From NCBI GenBank assembly GCA_000165345.1, contig CM000436.1, positions 352,001 through 416,000 of the forward strand: a stretch of DNA of 64,000 nucleotides, written 5' to 3'. Under the pieces are notes generated by a model that was given only the letters and a program-made list of their open reading frames with translations, made no database searches and was not told the DNA's origin. Every line of letters starts with the position of its first letter. Within the stretch, counting starts at the first letter, position 1. Both the position numbers and the translations under genes were made by a program. Positions 40,746-50,867 of the stretch are shown one piece after another.

Positions 40746-40824
40746 TGTCCACATGCAATTTTCAAACTATTGCAATTCGTAATAATGACGTCATTTAATT
40801 TTTTACTTGCATGCATTGCATGCA
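40746..40824. promoter_or_regulatory. Motif cluster TGTCCACA, TGACGTCA (CRE-like palindrome) and TGCATGCATTGCATGCA in GII-alpha / PP2C intergenic
   Basis: TGTCCACA is at 40746, TGACGTCA at 40786, and TGCATGCATTGCATGCA at 40808-40824. GCATGC is the AP2-type motif over-represented upstream of apicomplexan genes. Confidence 0.35.
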
Positions 40825-41468
40825 GAAATGCAAGCAGTAGGTAGAAGGTGGGATTAGAATTGAATTAATTTTTTGAAAAATTGGAGAATTAGATTATAAT
40901 TAAAGATTTATGAATGAATAAATTTTTATTTTAATATATATATAAGTGTTCAAGAAGAATATGAAAATGACTAATTTGATAAGTTTATATGAGCTAAATT
41001 AAATTGGAATGAAATTTCTCAAAGATTTGGTTATTAATCAATATTTTTCAAAACTTTGGTAAATGGTTTAATGTGTTAATTTTAAATTTTTAAAATTTAT
41101 ATATAAATATTATGGTTTAAAATGAAGAAAGAATACCTAAACGCCTTTTTTTTTTCTTTGTATAATTTGGAGTCTTTATCTATTATATTCCAATTTAAAA
41201 TGAGGTAAAGTAAACGAATAAATGGAATTTCAACATTGTTAATTTGATTATTTAATCTATAAATATTCGCATTCTTTTTTATATATTAAAAAAAAATGCA
41301 TGTATTACTGACTAGTTAAATACAGCTATGCATGTCTTGTCTGCAGCTAAAATATAAAAAAGAATAAAAATAGAAAAAAATTGATTATCAGGACTGGACC
41401 ATAATTTAAATACAAATTTCAAAGATATAATAAATTTTTGTAAGTTATTATGTGAGTATTTTAGTAAA

Positions 41469-43727
41469 ATGTTAATGAATGGATATGAAAGAAGAGTATT
41501 TGTGGAGTCTAAAGAGTGTGAGGCTGGTATAAGGTTTCTTAAAAGATTATCAAAAGAGTTAGAAAGGCAAAATGGAAACAATAAGAATAATAAAGAAGGG
41601 ATAATCTTAGCAATGGCTGGAATTTTGGAAAGAAATAGACAAAGATTAATAAGAGAAACTAGAGATCAATTGTTAAATTTAAAAACAAGAATAATATGCG
41701 AAGATGAAATAGAAGAAATTCAAAGAAAAGATATAGAAAAAAGTAGAAAGAAAATGAATGTAGAAGAGGGAAATAGAAAAATTAAGAAAAGTATTCTTAA
41801 AGAAGAAAAAAAAAAGGAAATAAAAGAGGGAATAAATAAATCAAAATTAGTATTTGGGGAATTAGATGAAGAAAAAAACCGTGAAGATAGATTTATAATT
41901 AAGATAGAAAATGGGAGGAATGAAACAGGATCTTGGGAAGATCCTATTCCTAGTAATAATGGCGTTCCATATGATCATTTTGAAAGAAGGATATATGATA
42001 AATATGTTGACTATTGGAGGAATTCCAAGCTATCAGTACCGTTTTCAACATGGATTAGCGGAGAAAAAATGGATAGAAAAAGATCATCATCAATCATGTC
42101 CTTTGAGTTGATTGAAGAGAATAGCAGCATAAGTTGTAAAAGTATTCAAGAAGCAATATATAGAATAAGAAGATTTGAACAAGATTTTCAGGCAATTCCA
42201 AAAGAGATAATTTTTCCACTCATAGAAAAAGGAATATTAATAAATAATTCCAAAAATACATTGGATAATTTCTCTGGAAATACTTGGAAAGATAATAATT
42301 ATAATCATTTAGAATTTAATAGAGCAAAAATAAAAAATCAAGATATCATTGAAAAGAATCAACTAAATTTACAATCTTCATTTAAAGTACCTCAAAGTTT
42401 GTTTTTTTCAATGGTAATAAGTGATCATGAGAATATGATTCATAGTAAATTAAGTAAAACTGGAATAATAACTAATGAACAAATTAAAGGAAATGATAAA
42501 AAGATGACTAATTTAGTTATTAACAATAATGATTCTTTATTAGAAAAAGATAATATTAATAAAAAACAATGTAATTGTGACTTTTATAAATTAAGACAAA
42601 AGTTTATTGAAGAATATAATTTATATGAACTTATTGGGTCAAATTCAAATCTTGAAAAATTAGATCAATCAATGGAAAGTAATTTGAGATTATGGATGGG
42701 TGCTTATTATTTACCACGTAATGATAAAAGGGCTCGAGGTGGAGAAGATGGATGGTTTTTATCTGAAGATTTACAAAGTATGGGAGTAGCTGATGGAGTT
42801 GGAGAATGGGAAGATTTATCAGGAAAAAGTGCCCGTGTATTTTCAAATTCTATAATGAAAAATTCACTTCAATATATCAAAAGTAATAGAGATCGAAGTT
42901 TAGAGAAGCCTTCTATATTAGCAAAAGATTCATTAAAAGTAGGTCTTGATCATTGTGAAAAAAGTGGTGTACATGGCGCAAGTACTGCACTTGTAGCTTG
43001 TTTTGATCATTATTCTGGAAATATTGGATTTGCTAATATGGGAGATAGTGGAGCACTTGTTCTAAGAAGATTACAATTTGATACTGGTAAGTTGGAGATT
43101 GTTAGAAGGGTTAAAGAAATGCAACATGAATTTAACTGTCCATATCAATTTGCAAATCTACCTCCTGAACATGAATGGGATGAATTAATTGAAAAAGGTT
43201 TTCATGATATTGTAAGACTTGCAAAGATTGAAAAAAAAAACAAAGAAGATTCAAATATTATGGATGATAAATATTCAATGCAGTTAGCTTGTGATGATCC
43301 TGAGTTATCTCAATTATTAGAAGTTCCATTAAAAGAAGGTGATATGGTTATTCTTGGCACTGATGGTCTTTTTGATAATTTATTTGATTTTGAAATTACC
43401 AGCATTTCTGGTTTATCATTTTCTCCTATTGAATCAAAACTTTTTTATAACTGTCTAGATTATACTACTACTCCAATGGTAATAGCAAAATCAATTGCTT
43501 TATCAGCATATTACAAATCACTTGATCCATTTTCCAAAACTCCTTTTGCAAATCAGGCGAAAAGATTTTATAGTGGTGGTAAAAACTCTCTTTTTGAAAG
43601 CCAATCTTTTTCTGGGGGTAAAGAAGATGATATTTCTGTTCTGGTTGCTTGGGTTGTACATAAAGATGATTTTGAAACTTTAACTAAAAATTCACCTCAT
43701 TATTGCGATATTTCAAAAAAGTTATAA
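41469..43727 (+). CDS. PP2C-type protein phosphatase (PPTC7-like PPM domain) with K/E-rich N-terminal region
   Basis: 752-aa ORF starting at ATG. The C-terminal domain has GVADGVGEWEDLSG, GASTALVACFD, ANMGDSGALVLRR and ILGTDGLFDNL, typical of the PPTC7/SpoIIE-like PP2C subfamily. Confidence 0.7.
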   Translation: MLMNGYERRVFVESKECEAGIRFLKRLSKELERQNGNNKNNKEGIILAMAGILERNRQRLIRETRDQLLNLKTRIICEDEIEEIQRKDIEKSRKKMNVEEGNRKIKKSILKEEKKKEIKEGINKSKLVFGELDEEKNREDRFIIKIENGRNETGSWEDPIPSNNGVPYDHFERRIYDKYVDYWRNSKLSVPFSTWISGEKMDRKRSSSIMSFELIEENSSISCKSIQEAIYRIRRFEQDFQAIPKEIIFPLIEKGILINNSKNTLDNFSGNTWKDNNYNHLEFNRAKIKNQDIIEKNQLNLQSSFKVPQSLFFSMVISDHENMIHSKLSKTGIITNEQIKGNDKKMTNLVINNNDSLLEKDNINKKQCNCDFYKLRQKFIEEYNLYELIGSNSNLEKLDQSMESNLRLWMGAYYLPRNDKRARGGEDGWFLSEDLQSMGVADGVGEWEDLSGKSARVFSNSIMKNSLQYIKSNRDRSLEKPSILAKDSLKVGLDHCEKSGVHGASTALVACFDHYSGNIGFANMGDSGALVLRRLQFDTGKLEIVRRVKEMQHEFNCPYQFANLPPEHEWDELIEKGFHDIVRLAKIEKKNKEDSNIMDDKYSMQLACDDPELSQLLEVPLKEGDMVILGTDGLFDNLFDFEITSISGLSFSPIESKLFYNCLDYTTTPMVIAKSIALSAYYKSLDPFSKTPFANQAKRFYSGGKNSLFESQSFSGGKEDDISVLVAWVVHKDDFETLTKNSPHYCDISKKL

Positions 43728-44052
43728 AGTAATATAATATAATGCTCCGATATTTTACACAAAATTATATTGAATATATAATTATTAAAGAATAGAATAG
43801 TTAGTGTTAGTAAATAGTGATAAATAATAGTTTTATATTATGTAAATAAAAAACTAATAATGCAACAGTTTTTTTTTAACTATTAATTGATAATAAACAA
43901 GAGATGAAAAAAAGAAAGACTTTAATGATAAGCTTAAATTAAAACTATTACAGCTGAATATTCATGTTATTTGCTAAAATTATGATCTCATTAATTATAG
44001 CTCTAACAAATTCTGTAATTTAAATATTTACAAAACAAATTAAAATTTCAAT

Positions 44053-44062
44053 TTTGGCGCCA
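44053..44062. promoter_or_regulatory. E2F-like TTTGGCGCCA site upstream of small two-exon gene
   Basis: Exact motif about 95 bp upstream of ATG 44156. Confidence 0.4.
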
Positions 44063-44155
44063 TTTCAGGTCATGATCTTTTGACTATAATTTATTAAAGA
44101 AAAAATTAAAAAAAAAAAGGTAATAGTAATAATAAAATAGCAATACATGTGATTC

Positions 44156-44801
44156 ATGAATTTTATTAGGAATTTTATTAAAGGAAGAAGAGGTATATCG
44201 CAAATTCGATGGAGGAAAGAAACCTCTTTAGAATCAGAAATTGAAGATAAAGATAATGATTCCAATGAAAATGAGATAGAATTTTGCAGAAAATCAAATT
44301 ATCCAAAAAATTCATGTGAAGCACAGTGGATGTTGGTAAGTTCTGAGAAATATTATTAAAAAAAATTGGTGAGACAATTTGAATAATTAAAGAGATAATT
44401 TTTAGAAAAATATAAATTATCTTTTTTTTTTTTGTTGTTAATTTTTAATAATATTTACACAAAAATATAAATAAATATATAAATACTTGAAAACTTTTTT
44501 TTTATTATTCTAGTTGTATTCCTGTATAACTTCAATGGAAGATCATCCAAGCGAGGCTAGTCTTAAATCTGCAAAAGATTTTATTAGAAATATTCCAGAT
44601 CAATGTAAATTTACTCAAATAGAAGATACATTTTCAGAAGGAATAAAAGATTTTGATAACGCTATTTCCACTGCAAACTCAAAGAGAGAACTTCTTCTTT
44701 TGTTATGTACAATTGAAAACAAATGTAGGCATAAGTTAGGAAAGCCATTAGTCTCTTGTAATTATTCTGAGATAATGAAAAGATGGTATAAAAAGGATTA
44801 A
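44156..44801 (+). CDS. Small hypothetical Cys-containing protein, two exons
   Basis: Exon 1 is 44156..44335 (ATG start) and ends ...CAG TGG ATG TTG before GTAAGT at 44336. A TTATTCTAG acceptor ends at 44513 (178-nt intron, phase 0). Exon 2 is 44514..44801, and the ORF track lists it separately with a TTG start. The joined product is about 161 aa. A TTTGGCGCCA site lies 100 bp upstream. Confidence 0.4.
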
Positions 44802-44922
44802 TGAAATAAAATTCTTTGAATTTAGATTTACGATATGATAAGAATTTAAAAAAAGAAGACGATTAATATATTGTTGATAATACTGAAAATATATTAATAA
44901 TATAAATGGTAATTTAATAGCT

Positions 44923-46176
44923 TTACTGAATTTCTCCATTAGATTTAGAATAATTTATTAGATTTTCATCCAATGATCCGATTTGAGATACCTTTCTGTA
45001 TTTGCTATTCTTAATTAATTGATCATAATTGTTTGAAGAGTTGAAATGCTCATTATCATAGAAATTATCATTAATTTCAGGTTTTTTACCACTATCATAC
45101 TCTAAAGAAGATGAGCCTGATATTGTAGAATCATGATCATAATAGTTTTCTTGTTGAATAGGTTCTTGTTGTTGTAGCTGGTGTCCAAAGGTTATATTAA
45201 AGCTTTCATTCAAATCAATATTTTTATTTGGAATAAATTTAAAAAGATTTGAAAAAGAATAAATAGCAGATCCTCCAATTGTCATAACCAATCCCAAAAT
45301 AGTTGAAAATTTAAGCTCTTCGTTATTTAATAAAACTCCAATTAAAGTTTGAGCTCCAGATTTAACATAGCCTGTTAGATTATAAGCTATAGGAGATGTA
45401 GTATGAATACACCATATTATAATTATCCCAAGGAAGAAATTCAATATACCACTAATTAAAATAGGGCCAAATTTAATTATAAATTCTCCAAAATCTAAAG
45501 TATATAACTCAATGAATGCATTGTGTTCACCAAATATAAAGATTGGAATAGCTGCTAAAAATGAAGTAGTAAGAGCATTATACCAGTAAACTTGGGATTC
45601 ATCATTTATTTTCTTTGAAACACTCTTTATTTGAACAGTATATATTGATTGAAATAAAGAAGAAGTAGTTCCTGATAATATTCCATAGAATCCTAAAGTA
45701 GATGAATCAAGAGAACCAATAATAAATCCCAATATAACAATTCCACATCCAAAAATACATATAGTTGAAATTTGCTGCTTTAATATAAAAATTGAAAAGA
45801 TTATATTAAAGAATAGTGTCAAAGACCTTGTAATTGCATATGATGACATTGGTACATATTTCAAGCAAAGATTGGATAATAATATAAATATTGTGCAAGA
45901 TAAAGACATAGGAAAACAGTCTTTAGCTTTTTCATATTCAATTGATGGTTTTGAAACCAAATTATCAATCCCAAATAAACTCAAGGTTGCATATGCTATT
46001 AAATAGAATATCATTCCACATACTTGTTGTATCCATGTTGTAAATAGTGGATAACTAAAACTCCCAATAAATATTCTTTTATTCAAAAAAACCAAAGCTA
46101 CTGATACAAGGCCATAAAGTATCAATGATAATGCTTTTTTGAATTGAAATGTTTCATTCTCTTTACCCTTTTCCAT
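44923..46176 (-). CDS. Nucleotide-sugar transporter paralog (SLC35/TPT family)
   Basis: The ORF-track start 46257 is GTG, and the first ATG is 46176. There are about 10 TM helices. It shares motifs with the 27112 gene (YPLFTTWIQQVCG versus FPIFVSWFQQLVG; LSNLCLKYVPMSSYAITRSLTLFFNIIFS versus LSNICLKHVLVSTYQVARSTTIIFNLILS). The C-terminus is a hydrophilic tail. Confidence 0.65.
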   Translation of the reverse strand: MEKGKENETFQFKKALSLILYGLVSVALVFLNKRIFIGSFSYPLFTTWIQQVCGMIFYLIAYATLSLFGIDNLVSKPSIEYEKAKDCFPMSLSCTIFILLSNLCLKYVPMSSYAITRSLTLFFNIIFSIFILKQQISTICIFGCGIVILGFIIGSLDSSTLGFYGILSGTTSSLFQSIYTVQIKSVSKKINDESQVYWYNALTTSFLAAIPIFIFGEHNAFIELYTLDFGEFIIKFGPILISGILNFFLGIIIIWCIHTTSPIAYNLTGYVKSGAQTLIGVLLNNEELKFSTILGLVMTIGGSAIYSFSNLFKFIPNKNIDLNESFNITFGHQLQQQEPIQQENYYDHDSTISGSSSLEYDSGKKPEINDNFYDNEHFNSSNNYDQLIKNSKYRKVSQIGSLDENLINYSKSNGEIQ

Positions 46177-47098
46177 TTTTAACTTCACAACTGTGCTTTT
46201 ATCCAGCACAGAGTGATTCTTTGCAGATCTTCTTAATCTAATTTTTTCAATATTCACAATTAGTGGTTTAGGAGTACTTAAGCCAATTAATTTTTACTCT
46301 AAATACTTATCTAATTAAAAAAGAAGGAAAAATGACCTTTGGCGCTTCTCACATTAAAATTTTATTATCAAATAATAATTGATAAATATATATATAAATA
46401 TATATATATTTTTTTGTATGCAACTATTAACTCTCTTAATCTCACTTTGCTCCAAGTTCACTTTTTTTATCCTTTCCTCTTTACACCTAAGCTAAGAATT
46501 CAATATTCTTTTCATTAACTGTTATATTATTTGCCATACATATTTTTCTTTTTACCAAAATAAAAATAATAATTATAATAATATTTAAATTTATTGATTT
46601 ACGTGTAATTAAAATTATTAATTTTTTTGTTTAATATTCAATTACGTGTATAATGAATTTCATGTGGACAAATTGTTATTGATAATTTAATGCAAACACC
46701 GGTATTGAAATAAAAATGGCAATACCAAAAGCAATGCATGTATATGCGCATGCATGCATTGCTAAAAAAATAGAAAAAATAGTTGAATATATTATTGAAA
46801 TTTAATTTAATATTAGCTTTTTAAAAAAAACTAATACCAATTTTGCTAGTACAAGTTTGTGAATAGAAAGTTACCAACATGAAAACTGATGAATAGGATA
46901 ATTCACTAGTGATCACTTAAGGGATAAATAACAGAAGTAATATTAAGTAAAGAAATGGAATTTAAATTCTGTGAATACTTGTTAAACTAATATATTTAAA
47001 CTAAATATATATTTATTTGTATACAATATGTAGAAATAATTTAAAAGTATAGGCTAGAATACATTAGAAAAGAAGTAAATGACTCGAATCAAAATCGT

Positions 47099-50000
47099 TT
47101 AATTACTTGTACGTCTCTTTTTACTTTGCTTGTTTTTTCTTTGTTCAGTAATTTCATCAAAAGTAATTGGCTTAACTGAGGAGTTACTAGCAGCATCTTG
47201 TTCAAGAATCTTTAATATGCCATTGTTTAAAGATACAATTTCCATTTGATTCTTAAGTAAATGATGAATATATATCTTCAGGTTAGAAAGAACAGAACGA
47301 ATGTTATATTGAGGAATTCTATCATTTCTAGGATCAGATGACTTTGTCCAAACATTAAGATAACCACCTGCGGAATTATTTTGGCCAATAATAGGAGAAA
47401 TAGTGTTAATAGAAGAAATCCAGTGTATGAAATGAGTTTGTACTAGACATAAAACTGTTCTAGTTAATGGCTCCAGTCCATAAAATGACAAATTCTTATT
47501 ATTAATAGGGTTTTCTGTTAATTGTTTTGAATTTAATATTGAATGATCATACATTAACTTGAGCACAGATTCTACCAAAATTAACAGTTTTTCAGCATAA
47601 AGTAAAGGAAGAGACCAAACAACTTCTGCAAGTAAATTAGATGATATCTTCTGAATTGATAATAGAACGTACTCCTGAACTGAATATTCACCAATTTCTA
47701 AAGGAGAAGGAGGAGGAGGGATATTGTTAGAACCTTGTGACTTGTCCTCTTTCTTAATTTCATTTATAGCAAGGTTATATTTTAATAAGTCAATATAATA
47801 ATTATAAGCAATGTCGATAACTTCCATGAGCTTTTCTGTTGATTTCAAAGATTCAAATGTTTTACGTGTTGGACGAGACATAACTGAAACTGAGGAAAAA
47901 TTTTCTGCATAATCATTTGTATTCCCCTGAAGGATTTCTCTCTCAAGCTGTTCTTCCTGTTCTTTTTCTCTTTCTTCTTCAAGAAATAGCTGCTGGTCAG
48001 TTCTAAACCAAACTCTAATAGTTCTATCCAAGAACCCACAAATAATACGATCACCATCAAAAGTTAAACCCAAGCAAAGTATTGGAACTTGACCATAAGT
48101 AGATTTTTGGTGTAAAATCGTAATCAGTTCCCCCTTATCCGTATCCCATAGCTTCAATGATCCATCTCTTGCAGTACTTACAAGGTAATGAGTATCTCTA
48201 ATGAAACAAACTTGAGTTACACATTCATTGTGAGCATGAAATGATCTCTGAATATTACCAAAATCCAAACCCCAAATTTTGATCGTTTTGTCAGCACTAC
48301 CAGTTGCTACAATCGTATTATCATGAGAAACATCCAGACATGCAACTGGTAATGAATGACCATATAAGACCAAAAACTGCTTTAAAGTATCTGCATATAA
48401 TACTAAAACAGTATTGTCTAATAAAGATACAACAAGATATTTACCATTTGGAGTAAATTTGATTGCTAGACCTTCTTCTAAAAGTGGTAAAGTCTTGCTT
48501 AACTTAATGGTTACCTGCCCCTCATCACCATTAGAGTCTTCCTCAAGGCCAAAGTTATATAGATTCAAAGATTTGTCTTGTGCAACTGATACAAAACTTG
48601 TATTATCGGGGCATAATGCTAAAGATTGGATTGCATTTTCGTGTGAATTATCCAAAGATTGTATTAACTTACAATTAGAAATATCATGTAACTGTATACT
48701 CCCTTGTTTTGTTCCTGATATTGTATAATCACCTCCAGGAACAATAAATCCACAAACAGGATTCTCAGCAATCATCGTTCTTACACATCCAAAGCCTTTC
48801 ATATTCCAAATTTTAATTGTATCATCACCAAAAGTTGCAATAAACTTATCATCTTGAGAAATATCGATAGCCCTAGGTATTCCTCTATGTCCCTCATTTT
48901 CAATCCTCCTAAGTACATTACAAGCACTTGCTTGAGCAGAAGAACCTGATTCATCATTTTGAGAGCTTGAATCATTATCTTTAGACTTTTCTTTGGATCC
49001 AATTTCATTAATAAAGCTTTCACTCAGAGAAATGTATCTTAGTGAATTGTTCCCCAATCCAGCAATAAATGTATTACTAGTGGGATCAAAATCAATACCC
49101 AAAAGACGAGTTCCAATCATTTCTTCTTCTGGAATCAATAGTCTCTTACCAAGTGAAAGAGTTTCGTAGCTTCCAGCAAAGATATTAGACTCATTAGATT
49201 CAACATTGGAGTCTCTATTTAGCTTCTTATTAAGTTTTTTAATTCTTTGACTGATTTTATCTGAATCAAAGTATGAAAAAGATTCAATTGAATTTGAATT
49301 TGTAAAGGCAAAAATAGTTCCATAAAAGTCATCCACTAGTTCGATTTGATTACTATCATAATAATCTGACCATTTTGAAAGTAACTTGATAACTTTTGAA
49401 GATTTTCCACCTTGAAATCTTGGTATTCCACCATAGTAAACTGCCAATTTAGATTCTTTTTCAGTATTTTCTTTAAAAAGTGGACAATTTTCCACAGCTT
49501 GATCATTTGGTAATAATAAATCTTTTCCAAGACCAGTTACATGATGGGTAAGTCTATATATTGATATCTCTCCACTTGATCCTGCTGTGAATAATCGATT
49601 ACATAAAGGATTCAATAATATACTATAAATTTCTCCTTTATGCTTTGTTAGGGTCTGAAGACAAATTTGATTTTGAATACTCCAAATCTTAATTGTACAA
49701 TCTTTACTTGATGTAATCAAGATGTGTGGAGTATCTTCCAAAATAATTTTAAACCTTGAATCAGAGTTTGCATTCCCTTTATTGTTATTACCTATTTTGT
49801 TTTGATTTAATTCGCTATCTTCTTTTGTCCAAAGCTTAGTTTTGTGAACAAACTCAATATCAGTAATTTCATTTAGATGGCCAGAATACCTAAAAAGTCC
49901 CTTTCCAGAAAATGTATCCCATAATGTAACTTCAGTGTCAAAACTACCACATGATAAATAATTTCCACTTCTACAAAATTTCAATGCTGTAATATTCTTT

Positions 50001-50383
50001 CCATGACCATGAAAAGTATGAATAACAGATTTTAAAGAAATATTCCATACCCTCACACTACCATCTGAGTATCCTACCGCTATAATCTCTGGTTTTTTTG
50101 GATGTCCACATATCGCTGTTACGTAATGAACTATTGAAGGAATACCTTCGCCTGAATAAACTCTTCCTACAGTTTCAACAGAAAGTGTTCTAGCAATAGT
50201 TCCAGTCTTCATATCTAAGATTAATACTTTTTCTCCTGAAATACTTGCTCCATACCTTGTTAAATCTTGTTCATTTTCTAGTTTCAAACCTTTTTTGAGT
50301 AACTTTACTCCATTTTGAAATGCTGATGTCAGCAAGACCCCATAGGATGACTCAGGGACATACCTCAAGTATGACTTAACCAT
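47099..50383 (-). CDS. UTP12: WD-repeat protein WDR3/UTP12 (DIP2) of the SSU processome
   Basis: 1094-aa ORF with ATG at 50383. The N-terminus MVKSYLRYVPESSYGVL matches WDR3 (MGLTKQYLRYVASAVFGV) and yeast Dip2 (MVKSY). It has multiple WD40 repeats and a C-terminal Utp12-like helical domain. Confidence 0.8.
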   Translation of the reverse strand: MVKSYLRYVPESSYGVLLTSAFQNGVKLLKKGLKLENEQDLTRYGASISGEKVLILDMKTGTIARTLSVETVGRVYSGEGIPSIVHYVTAICGHPKKPEIIAVGYSDGSVRVWNISLKSVIHTFHGHGKNITALKFCRSGNYLSCGSFDTEVTLWDTFSGKGLFRYSGHLNEITDIEFVHKTKLWTKEDSELNQNKIGNNNKGNANSDSRFKIILEDTPHILITSSKDCTIKIWSIQNQICLQTLTKHKGEIYSILLNPLCNRLFTAGSSGEISIYRLTHHVTGLGKDLLLPNDQAVENCPLFKENTEKESKLAVYYGGIPRFQGGKSSKVIKLLSKWSDYYDSNQIELVDDFYGTIFAFTNSNSIESFSYFDSDKISQRIKKLNKKLNRDSNVESNESNIFAGSYETLSLGKRLLIPEEEMIGTRLLGIDFDPTSNTFIAGLGNNSLRYISLSESFINEIGSKEKSKDNDSSSQNDESGSSAQASACNVLRRIENEGHRGIPRAIDISQDDKFIATFGDDTIKIWNMKGFGCVRTMIAENPVCGFIVPGGDYTISGTKQGSIQLHDISNCKLIQSLDNSHENAIQSLALCPDNTSFVSVAQDKSLNLYNFGLEEDSNGDEGQVTIKLSKTLPLLEEGLAIKFTPNGKYLVVSLLDNTVLVLYADTLKQFLVLYGHSLPVACLDVSHDNTIVATGSADKTIKIWGLDFGNIQRSFHAHNECVTQVCFIRDTHYLVSTARDGSLKLWDTDKGELITILHQKSTYGQVPILCLGLTFDGDRIICGFLDRTIRVWFRTDQQLFLEEEREKEQEEQLEREILQGNTNDYAENFSSVSVMSRPTRKTFESLKSTEKLMEVIDIAYNYYIDLLKYNLAINEIKKEDKSQGSNNIPPPPSPLEIGEYSVQEYVLLSIQKISSNLLAEVVWSLPLLYAEKLLILVESVLKLMYDHSILNSKQLTENPINNKNLSFYGLEPLTRTVLCLVQTHFIHWISSINTISPIIGQNNSAGGYLNVWTKSSDPRNDRIPQYNIRSVLSNLKIYIHHLLKNQMEIVSLNNGILKILEQDAASNSSVKPITFDEITEQRKNKQSKKRRTSN

Positions 50384-50483
50384 TTTAATACACTAATCAA
50401 CATGTACTCCTAACTTTATTCCTACCCAACAACTTCCAATCAAAAAATCAATTTTGACGTTAAATGTTTTTTTTAATTATTTT

Positions 50484-50507
50484 TTTGGCGGAACTTTACC
50501 GCCTAAA
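50484..50507. promoter_or_regulatory. Inverted pair TTTGGCGG ... CCGCCTAAA upstream of WDR3/UTP12
   Basis: TTTGGCGGAACTTTACCGCCTAAA is an inverted GGCGG/CCGCC pair with an 8-nt spacer, about 100 bp upstream of ATG 50383 (-). ACCGGTA, GCATGCG, CACGTAAT and TGTCCACA follow within 130 bp. Confidence 0.4.
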
Positions 50508-50867
50508 TGACTTTTTTTTTTTGCTAACGATAAATACCGGTACATGATAGTAATTTTTAAATGAGCATGCGCCACGTAATATATCAAAATATAAATAAAA
50601 TAAATTTGTCCACATGACATTTTGATGATTTTATTAAATAAATAAATACATAGTCTCAAGAAATGGAGGTTTTTACATTAAATTTCTAAGTAATTCGTGA
50701 ATTTAATGTGGGATTATTGACATATAATATAGAGTTTGGAAACAAATATAACTAATTAAAGAAAAATGGGTTTATATAAATTTATATAGGAGGGGGGCCT
50801 AAAATATTTCTAAATATAAAGAGATTTGCAGAAGAAGTTGCATGCAATAATCCAACACATTAATGAA

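Noticed and set aside
41312-41581. 89-aa minus-strand ORF overlapping the PP2C gene start
   Set aside because: It overlaps the 5' end of a well-supported plus-strand gene and its promoter, and it has no domain.
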